Source: a virus (lineage: Duplodnaviria; Caudoviricetes). From it: 50,910 bases of DNA. The stretch is taken from positions 1 through 50,910 of IMG/VR virus record IMGVR_UViG_3300020147_000012, one strand, 5' to 3'. The position numbers and the translations under genes were made by a program. Under the pieces are notes generated by a model that saw nothing but the letters and a program-made list of their open reading frames with translations, made no database searches and was not told the DNA's origin. This document shows positions 7,561-14,417 of this stretch, piece by piece (positions within the stretch are counted from its first letter, which is position 1; each line of letters starts with the position of its first letter).

Positions 7561-7618
7561 TGTCCGAGAGGGGACTTGAACCCCCGACGCAAGGCTCTAC
7601 CAACTGAGCTACTCAGAC
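7561..7618 (-). ncRNA. tRNA-like RNA lacking the anticodon arm
   Basis: GTCTGAG-TA-GCTC-AGTTGGTA-GAGC-CTTGCGTC-GGGGG-TTCAAGT-CCCCT-CTCGGAC-A. Confidence 0.8.
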
Positions 7619-7688
7619 AATCCTCCCCAGTCCTGTGGTCTGATCCACCGCTCCATATCAGAAGGAAGACTCCCAGGGATTACTAAGT

Positions 7689-7758
7689 ATTATACCACAA
7701 ACTGCATCACTTTTCAACAGTCTCCTGTGTTGTAATTGGGGACAAATTATGGTATAAT
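7689..7758. promoter_or_regulatory. Divergent extended -10 promoter pair driving the RNA cluster
   Basis: TGTGGTATAAT on the minus strand (7689..7699) and TATGGTATAAT on the plus strand (7748..7758). Confidence 0.75.
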
Positions 7759-7764
7759 AGGTGA

Positions 7765-8288
7765 GTTAGGAAAACAAAATACTGGGGGCTAGGAAGGCTA
7801 AGGCAAGAGTGCCTACCCCTGGATGCCACGAACTACTTGCCAGGTGTCTTACGCTGTGAACTGGGAAATGACACCATCGCTATTACCGCTTGCTACGAGA
7901 CTTCACACGGTAACAGGATTACTCTCCAAGGGCTTGAGATGGAGGAGAAGAAGTGAGGACAGGACAATCAGAGAAACAACTGAGCCAATTGTCCGGTAGA
8001 AACTTAACCTTCGTACAGGCTAGGTATCCACAACTGTACCTGAAAAATAAGGACAGAATGTGGAAAGGTACACCTGACCAAGCGAAGCGCGGGCAGCAAG
8101 GCTTTAGCCTTGTGAATCTATACCCAAGTCACCAATGTATCTAAACAGAAGCGAAAAAGGAATCGGGGATAGATTACAGTCTCTAGGCCATACAACCTAC
8201 CAAGAAACAAGAATCTGTGGCGCAGGACACATGATTACGGTAAAACATTACGCAAAAGCACCACCAGCCCCCACTAGGGGGTTTTCTT
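7765..8288 (+). ncRNA. Putative large (~520 nt) structured ncRNA
   Basis: Own promoter and terminator, paired ends, at least 8 helices, 2 candidate pseudoknots, and no credible ORF. Confidence 0.7.
8268..8288 (+). terminator. Intrinsic terminator
   Basis: CCCCC-ACTA-GGGGG followed by TTTTCTT. Confidence 0.65.
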
Positions 8289-8426
8289 ATACCCATTGGC
8301 CTAAAACGTAATACAGGAATAATAAAAATGGTGCAAAATTTTGGATGGGCATATGATTAGAATGGGCGCAGCGTTGGCCCGTGTCCCACCCCCTCGCAGG
8401 AATAAGGCTTTTTTAGGATTGTCTGT

Positions 8427-8454
8427 ATGTCTCACAACAGGTATTGTACGACAC
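8427..8454. other. dif-like 11-6-11 recombination site
   Basis: ATGTCTCACAA-CAGGTA-TTGTACGACAC, with imperfect inverted arms around a 6-bp spacer. Confidence 0.45.
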
Positions 8455-8860
8455 TAAACTAATATATGGCTATAAATAAGGGGTTTTTAGTGTTTGGGTG
8501 TGTCGCAAAAGCAAACAAATAATGGTATATATCCCTTTTTGTACGACTGTGTGCGGTGCGATGCAGCTACCTTAGCCCCATCCACACACTAAGTAGGCGG
8601 TTCCATTCACACCATGTGGTAAATAACCCTTACTTTTTATAGTGCATACCATCGCTAATATGAGGCTCTATATAAGGCTAGATAACCTCACGCACAAACG
8701 GCCCTATATGTACTTGCTATCCATTGGGCATTATTTGACATACTGGCTTATTCTGTACTGTAATGTTGTACTACGCTTGACTTCCTTTGCCCTTATAGCT
8801 TATAGTAGCAAGTATTAAGGGAATAGGTCGTTTTATAAACAATTAATTGATACCAACTAT

Positions 8861-8971
8861 ATGCCAACTATCGCACACCGCATATACTACGTATTCATTG
8901 GGCTGATCCTCGGATTGCTTGCCTCACATGAATTGGTAGTTATGCCGATGCTTGAAGCCCTTACTAAGTAA
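8861..8971 (+). CDS. Small membrane peptide (36 aa)
   Basis: Manual translation MPTIAHRIYYVFIGLILGLLASHELVVMPMLEALTK; first gene of the early arm. Confidence 0.55.
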   Translation: MPTIAHRIYYVFIGLILGLLASHELVVMPMLEALTK

Positions 8972-8978
8972 TAAGAAT

Positions 8979-9158
8979 ATGTTAATGAAGTTCTACGTTA
9001 AGCAGGTCTACGGTAAGCCTAGAAACTACCTGGTAGACCCGAAGCAAGCCGAAGCCTTTACCAAACTAACAGGCAGAGCGACCCTTTCAGCCGATGACTT
9101 CCGCATCCTAGAGGTATTTGGAGTCAAATTTGAACAGGTCAACGAGCCTATTAAATAA
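8979..9158 (+). CDS. Hypothetical early protein
   Basis: ATG at 8979 (MLMKFYVKQVYGK...), tightly packed with its neighbours. Confidence 0.7.
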   Translation: MLMKFYVKQVYGKPRNYLVDPKQAEAFTKLTGRATLSADDFRILEVFGVKFEQVNEPIK

Positions 9159-9160
9159 TA

Positions 9161-9301
9161 ATGATCTTAAAGCAATATTATTCTATTGATGGTGGTGTCA
9201 ATAATCTATGTATCTATACGGTATGTAATGAGCGATACCAAACCATTAGCACACACAAGACCGAGAAAGCAGCAATGAGAGCATTAAAGCTAATTAAATA
9301 G
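9161..9301 (+). CDS. Hypothetical protein (46 aa)
   Basis: Manual translation MILKQYYSIDGG...AAMRALKLIK; fills the gap between neighbouring genes. Confidence 0.55.
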   Translation: MILKQYYSIDGGVNNLCIYTVCNERYQTISTHKTEKAAMRALKLIK

Positions 9302-9304
9302 CAT

Positions 9305-9397
9305 ATGAGGTACTTAATCCTACTAATAAGCCTTATAGCCATCACACAGTTAAGTAATCCATTGATGGGAGCTAGATTTGTTTTGTTAGATAAATAA
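9305..9397 (+). CDS. Small hydrophobic peptide (30 aa)
   Basis: MRYLILLISLIAITQLSNPLMGARFVLLDK; 2-3 nt gaps to its neighbours. Confidence 0.45.
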   Translation: MRYLILLISLIAITQLSNPLMGARFVLLDK

Positions 9398-9399
9398 AC

Positions 9400-9510
9400 A
9401 TGACTAATAAGCCAATATCCAAAGAGGCACAAGACATATTGAGGCCAGAATGGGAGAAAATGCAGGACTTCATAAAAGAAACAGATCAAGAGATATGCGG
9501 GACTGAGTAG
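9400..9510 (+). CDS. Hypothetical protein (36 aa)
   Basis: MTNKPISKEAQDILRPEWEKMQDFIKETDQEICGTE; tight packing. Confidence 0.5.
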   Translation: MTNKPISKEAQDILRPEWEKMQDFIKETDQEICGTE

Positions 9511-9695
9511 AGTATTGTTTATCCTTAGTGTGGCTTGGTTCGACCGTTGCGTAAAGCAATGGTAGCAGGGCGAAGCCATGCGATAGGGCAAGCAATTAGG
9601 CGAACCCTCCGCTAACAGCTTGCGATCGTAACTTATGCTAGTTATGGTAGCGAAGCGAGTTAGTTGGTGGTCATTGAAAACTAAATATAACGATT

Positions 9696-9941
9696 ATGAC
9701 CAAACACAAGACCATCCAGCGTAAAAGCTGGACTAAAAAGGATATTGCAGCCGTACTTGATCTATGGGAAACCAAAACAAAGGCTGAAATAGCCGAGCAG
9801 TTGGACGTTAAAATGTGGCAATTAACCTATTTGATTAAGGAAATAGAGAAAGCTGGCTATAAGATCCCTAAAAAGAAACAGCATCACCAGACGCAAATTC
9901 TCATAAAGGAAGTATTAAAAGCCCGCAAGCTAATCAAATAG
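9696..9941 (+). CDS. Small HTH-like DNA-binding protein
   Basis: WTKKDI..VLDLW...TKAEIAEQLDV pattern; basic. Confidence 0.65.
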   Translation: MTKHKTIQRKSWTKKDIAAVLDLWETKTKAEIAEQLDVKMWQLTYLIKEIEKAGYKIPKKKQHHQTQILIKEVLKARKLIK

Positions 9942-9945
9942 AGCC

Positions 9946-10380
9946 ATGACCAAAGAAGACTATTCTATCCTTGTTAGCTGCATTGAGTTAGCTAAACGAG
10001 ATGACGGAACTGAGTTCTACCGCGTCAAAGATGGCACACCGGACCATGTTGCTAAAATAGTGTCTGATGTCGTCTTTAAAGCGGACGAAGATATACATAG
10101 CTGGGATTTGTCTTATGAGATTGCTAACGATGCGCTTAATGCCTTGTACGATGTCGAACTGGATAATTTATCTGAGTTTGATATCTATGAGCAAGACAGT
10201 GAGCACGCTAGCATCTGGACAGCTGCCCGCCTTGAATATCTGACCATGTGGAACCAGGACGAAATAGCGGACAAAGTTAGAGATTATGACTGTGATATCG
10301 CTACGGCAGCAGCTATGTGGTATGAAGAGCAGGTTAATTACATGGTCGAAGCCTTTAAGAGCGCAATTCTTGAAGCCTAA
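9946..10380 (+). CDS. Ocr-like acidic protein (putative DNA mimic/anti-restriction)
   Basis: About 34 D/E versus about 11 K/R in 144 aa (hand count), helical, early position; the motif spacing recalls T7 gp0.3. Confidence 0.55.
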   Translation: MTKEDYSILVSCIELAKRDDGTEFYRVKDGTPDHVAKIVSDVVFKADEDIHSWDLSYEIANDALNALYDVELDNLSEFDIYEQDSEHASIWTAARLEYLTMWNQDEIADKVRDYDCDIATAAAMWYEEQVNYMVEAFKSAILEA

Positions 10381-10382
10381 CC

Positions 10383-10598
10383 ATGAACCACGACCTAAAA
10401 ATTAAGTCATTACATGACGCAATGCTCGAATGCTCTTGCGGTTGGAGCCTTATCTATACCGGCGCAATGACAAAAGCGGAGGCCAAGAGAGAACATGACC
10501 GCCACCGCTATCAGGAATTTTGCACCGAATGGAGGAAGGCCCATTCCATCAGCAAACCGCCAAGCTTTACCAGTTGGAAGTCTGACCATAAAGCCTAA
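10383..10598 (+). CDS. Hypothetical protein with CxCG...H motif
   Basis: 71 aa ORF in the early operon. Confidence 0.65.
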   Translation: MNHDLKIKSLHDAMLECSCGWSLIYTGAMTKAEAKREHDRHRYQEFCTEWRKAHSISKPPSFTSWKSDHKA

Positions 10599-10610
10599 GA
10601 CTAACTAGCC

Positions 10611-10799
10611 ATGAAAACTATATATCTTGCAGGGTCTTATAAGCTTGTTTTGGAAGATAACGAGGGCAAAACATTTACTTTCCTAGATATCAAGTTATCA
10701 TCTAAACAGGCTAGGGAAGTGTTTAAATCTAAGATGTTTGCTGGTGTACAAATACGAGAATTAAGTTATAATGGCGATACATGGACTACAGCAAGCTAA
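10611..10799 (+). CDS. Hypothetical protein
   Basis: 62 aa ORF in the early operon. Confidence 0.6.
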   Translation: MKTIYLAGSYKLVLEDNEGKTFTFLDIKLSSKQAREVFKSKMFAGVQIRELSYNGDTWTTAS

Positions 10800-10954
10800 C
10801 CCTTGGAGAGCTAATCAGCCACAGTAACGAAACGATCCGGCGCAATGCTATGTCTATTCTTAAGCAGTTGCAAAAGATCGAATACGACAAGGGTATCGAC
10901 GAAGCCAAAGCCGCCTACGACAAAGAAATCGAAGAATTGAAAAAAGGTAAATAA
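10781..10954 (+). CDS. Hypothetical protein (57 aa)
   Basis: Manual translation MDYSKLTLGELISHSNETIRRNAMSILKQLQK...; followed by a terminator. Confidence 0.6.
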   Translation: MDYSKLTLGELISHSNETIRRNAMSILKQLQKIEYDKGIDEAKAAYDKEIEELKKGK

Positions 10955-10997
10955 TCGCTTTTCTACCCCTTGAGGCCCTAAAAACCCTTGAGGCATC

Positions 10998-11039
10998 AAA
11001 AAGCCACCTAAATACTAGCTATAGGTGGTTTTTTGTTTT
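10998..11039 (+). terminator. Intrinsic terminator ending the first early operon
   Basis: AAAAGCCACCTA...TAGGTGGTTTTTTGTTTT; a second hairpin with U-tract follows at ~11079..11102. Confidence 0.7.
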
Positions 11040-11264
11040 CCCGAGAAAGGGGAAAGTGACCATTTAGTAGCCTACGCAGAACCCCGACGAGGGGGCTTTT
11101 TTATATCTGACGCAGAGTTCCGAGAGCGTAAATCTTCATGTAGCCTTCATGTAAACTCAGGTATTATTGTTTTGTTCTATTGCCAAAATTGGCCTTTCGT
11201 GGTATATAGTAATCTTGGGATCTGATATCCTCTTTGGGGCAATTGTGCTATAATATTTTACGAC

Positions 11265-11507
11265 ATGTTCATAGTAGAAAAAATCAAAGATTACCACGCC
11301 CGTATGGCCGTTGAATACACTGAGATGGTAGAGAAGATCGGTGAAAAGCTGGCGGAGGACCGCAAGCACCTCTATTTTGTATTGGATCAGCACGGTAAGC
11401 CGGTCAAAAATGGCTATGTAGCCCATAAGGGCCATGCCAAGTTCTATGGCCGTACTAAAAAGTACGCTTTGGAACAAGCTCAGTCGTTTACGTACAAAGG
11501 GTTATAA
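11265..11507 (+). CDS. Hypothetical protein
   Basis: 80 aa with its own TGTGCTATAAT promoter at 11244..11254. Confidence 0.7.
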   Translation: MFIVEKIKDYHARMAVEYTEMVEKIGEKLAEDRKHLYFVLDQHGKPVKNGYVAHKGHAKFYGRTKKYALEQAQSFTYKGL

Positions 11508-11649
11508 AGCCCGTGAAACATAAGGGGTTTTTAAGTATGCCATTGACAGTGGCATATTTTTGTTCTGTAACTATTACAAAGCTCTACTTATCCCCAGAAA
11601 ATGAAGAAACAGTGAATGAAAAAAGTTGAGAAATGTGGTATAATAAGTG

Positions 11650-11980
11650 AAGTAAGGGTTCCACAAAGGTAGGAATTAAAGCCAAACCGCGTTTCTCCTC
11701 AACTTCTAATATCATTTGGGATACGGGAAAACATACATACTCCTTACACAGCTAATCTGCTCCTAAACAATTAACGCAATCATATACCACGGCAACCTAT
11801 ATATTTCGTCTAGAAAAAAATGGCCGTTCAAGGTAGCGCGTTAAGTAGGGCAGATTGGGGGATCTAATCCTTACATCTCTGGTGTACATGTGCGTATGTG
11901 TCCAGGTCATTACAAGGTGGGCCAGTCGCTCCTTGGAGCCACGCCACAAATATACTTAAACATTGGCTGCAAACCATACG
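11650..11980 (+). ncRNA. Putative structured RNA region
   Basis: Promoter at 11634..11644. Stems GTAAGG/CCTTAC, CTAATCTGC.CCTA/TAGGGCAGATTGG and TTAACGC/GCGTTAA. No credible ORF. Confidence 0.5.
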
Positions 11981-11982
11981 CA

Positions 11983-12029
11983 TGGGAGTGCGTAGGGCTT
12001 CGATAATGGTGCAAATCCATTACTCCCAA
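11983..12029 (+). ncRNA. tRNA minihelix-like element (acceptor stem and T arm only)
   Basis: TGGGAGT-[15 nt]-AATGG-TGCAAAT-CCATT-ACTCCCA-A. Confidence 0.55.
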
Positions 12030-12158
12030 AGGTATTTATTAGACCACAAGTCTTCATGTCGCAAAAAGTTACGACTTTGCGAGTAAATGCCGCAGGAAAA
12101 CGATTTAAATGCTTAGTATCAAAGGGCTTTATATATAAACCTTTATTTAAAAGATGCT

Positions 12159-12186
12159 ATGTCGTAAAATCTATGTCCTGCGAACT
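12159..12186 (-). other. Second dif-like site
   Basis: Minus strand reads AGTTCGCAGGA-CATAGA-TTTTACGACAT. The left arm resembles XerC arms; the right arm matches the site at 8427. Confidence 0.4.
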
Positions 12187-12371
12187 TCATGAAGACTATT
12201 AAGCCGCATATTTCAACGATATGTCAACGGACACCATCCGTCACAGGGGCAAGGGGTATGAGTACGATCTGGAAGGGAAAATAAACTCTCCAGAGGATCG
12301 TATTCGGACCATATTGCTCGACGAAAAAGGCCGTTATGTTTCGAGCGGGATAGCGGTGGTAACGCATCGCT

Positions 12372-12701
12372 ATGATTAAAATTTATTGCAATCTGCACTG
12401 GGTCAAAGACATCTGGTACAGGTTGACAGAGGGGATAGGGTGTTGCGAGTTAACGGGGTGGAACTACTACACCTCAAAGCGGATCGCCAGAGAGTTAAAG
12501 CTTTTTAAAGAGAGAACATATAGCTTCCCACACGGGTTCAAGAACCTGGAGGAGTGGAGGAAAACGATACAAGAAATCATTGACGGATTCGAGATTATGG
12601 GGTCAGATGCCGCTTTCTCAGAAGACTGGAAAAAATACGAAAAACAGACCGACAAGGCCCTAAAACTCTTCGCAAGGCACTACAAGGACATGTGGATATA
12701 G
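12372..12701 (+). CDS. Hypothetical phage protein
   Basis: 109 aa; the EW...I.EIIDGFE...AL.LF..HY..MW pattern is common in phage hypotheticals. Confidence 0.75.
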   Translation: MIKIYCNLHWVKDIWYRLTEGIGCCELTGWNYYTSKRIARELKLFKERTYSFPHGFKNLEEWRKTIQEIIDGFEIMGSDAAFSEDWKKYEKQTDKALKLFARHYKDMWI

Positions 12702-12787
12702 GACACCACTTTTGTCCCCGTTAGGAATCATCAAATCTTCATTTTTCAGTTAAACAGTTTCACGTTATCAATTAACGCTTCTTAAAT

Positions 12788-13081
12788 ATGGCCAAAATTG
12801 CCAAAAAGCTAGAATGTTCCGAGCATTATTGTGAGATTTGCGACCAGGAATTGTTTGAATCCAAGGCCACTACCGCTGAAATGGTTGTTGTAAGCATTTT
12901 AGGACTAGCTATGGCTGTGTTCATGGTCAAAGCCGGTGATTGGCTGGTTGCCCAAGCCGAAACAAGGCCTCTGTGCGGCATAGAGCACACTGAATATGGG
13001 ATTGATATTAAGACTGGCAAGGATGCCTATAAGAAGCTTTTTATCAACTGTAACGATTTCCAGAACCAATATGGAGAATAA
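12788..13081 (+). CDS. Hypothetical membrane protein
   Basis: 97 aa with a CxxC and one predicted TM segment. Confidence 0.65.
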   Translation: MAKIAKKLECSEHYCEICDQELFESKATTAEMVVVSILGLAMAVFMVKAGDWLVAQAETRPLCGIEHTEYGIDIKTGKDAYKKLFINCNDFQNQYGE

Positions 13082-13169
13082 ACTTGCTCGGCTTAAGGAG
13101 AAGAAAAATCTGATCCTTATTGCCCTTAGCCTTCTTGTATTAGTAGCTCATTTTGGCCTGGGAATCTGA
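13071..13169 (+). CDS. Small membrane peptide (32 aa)
   Basis: MENKLARLKEKKNLILIALSLLVLVAHFGLGI; TGATG coupling to the next gene. Confidence 0.55.
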   Translation: MENKLARLKEKKNLILIALSLLVLVAHFGLGI

Positions 13170-13525
13170 TGGCTCAGTTTGTCACAAAGGACTCTGGCAA
13201 ACGCCAGAAATACGCATCAGGGATGCAACGTGACCTCCAGGAAGGCAAACCACGGTACGACCTGATTATTCCTGAAGGGGTGACTGAGCACATGCTCAAG
13301 CGTTGGGCCGAGCTGATGGAGCGCGGTGCGGTCAAATATGGACCCCGTAACTGGGAGAAAGCCAACTCAGAAGAAGAATACGTCCGGTTTAAGGCTTCAG
13401 CTTTCAGGCATTTCATCCAGTGGTTTAGCGGAGAAGACGACGAGGATCATGCAGCTGCCACTTTCTTCAACATCAACGCTGCGGAGACATTAAAAGCCAA
13501 GCTAACCAAAAAGACCCGTGAATAG
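13169..13525 (+). CDS. DUF5664 / dATP-dGTP diphosphohydrolase-family protein
   Basis: GKPRYDLI...GAVKYGPRNWEK...SAFRH...EDHAAA..FN. Confidence 0.8.
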   Translation: MAQFVTKDSGKRQKYASGMQRDLQEGKPRYDLIIPEGVTEHMLKRWAELMERGAVKYGPRNWEKANSEEEYVRFKASAFRHFIQWFSGEDDEDHAAATFFNINAAETLKAKLTKKTRE

Positions 13526-14417
13526 CATAGACGAAATCGTAAAAAGCAAAGTCACTGAAGAGGTAAGTACGGCTACCAAAGCAGCAGAGGAACGTCTTCA
13601 GGAGAGCGTAAGGGCTGCTGTAGTCAAGGATTTAGACGTTTTAAGGCCTATTGAGATCAGGACTGAGGGCAAGAAGAAGAAAATAGAACGTGCCTTGACC
13701 CACGAGAAAACGCCAATCGTACTGAATTACATAAGCTCACGTCTGCCGGTTCTCTTGGTTGGCCATGCCGGATCGGGAAAGACGCACATTGCTGTCCAGT
13801 GCGCCCAAATGCTTGATCTGCCGTACTATTCCATTTCCGTAAACGAACAAACGTCCAAGTCTGACTTCCTGGGATATGTTGACGCTACAGGAAAAATTGT
13901 TAAGACGAATTTCCGCAAGGCGTTCGAAGAAGGCGGTGTGTTCATCATCGACGAGATAGATGCTGGCAATCCTAACATCCTTACGGTCATTAACTCGGCC
14001 TTGTCGAATGATATGTGTCCTTTCCCCGACCAAATGGTTGCCCGACACCCAGATTTTGTGTGTGTCTGTACGGCCAACACGTTCGGAGAGGGCGAGAGCT
14101 TGCAGTACATCGGCCGCAATATTTTGGATGCCGCAACCCGTGATCGCTTTGTCTGCATATTCATAGACTACTCGGAAGTATTGGAAAAAGCCCTGATTCC
14201 TAACTTCGGCAAGCTCTTGAAGGCTCTGAGGGAACATTTTGTTAAGACGAATACTAACGTCGTTATTTCGACCAGGGCCGGTATTCGACTGGAAACCCTA
14301 AAGGCATCACAGGAAAAAGTGACGTTCGACGATGCCATTAGCTGTCTAAATCTCCACAGGGAGTCACGCAAGGACGTGAAGGTTAGAGAAATAGTACTAA
14401 GCCATGTCCAAGTTTAA
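13518..14417 (+). CDS. AAA+ ATPase, CobS/MoxR-like
   Basis: Walker A GHAGSGKT, Walker B FIIDEID, TANTFG, and LDAATRDRF. Confidence 0.88.
   Translation: MNSIDEIVKSKVTEEVSTATKAAEERLQESVRAAVVKDLDVLRPIEIRTEGKKKKIERALTHEKTPIVLNYISSRLPVLLVGHAGSGKTHIAVQCAQMLDLPYYSISVNEQTSKSDFLGYVDATGKIVKTNFRKAFEEGGVFIIDEIDAGNPNILTVINSALSNDMCPFPDQMVARHPDFVCVCTANTFGEGESLQYIGRNILDAATRDRFVCIFIDYSEVLEKALIPNFGKLLKALREHFVKTNTNVVISTRAGIRLETLKASQEKVTFDDAISCLNLHRESRKDVKVREIVLSHVQV

Noticed and set aside
7953-8144. 63-aa ORF inside the large structured region
   Set aside because: It has a GTG start, lies ~190 nt from the promoter, shows no protein-like features, and is fully overlapped by helices.
7765-8288. Naming the RNA GOLLD, ROOL, RNase P or HEARO
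   Set aside because: I could not recognise their conserved sequence blocks by eye; a covariance-model search is needed.
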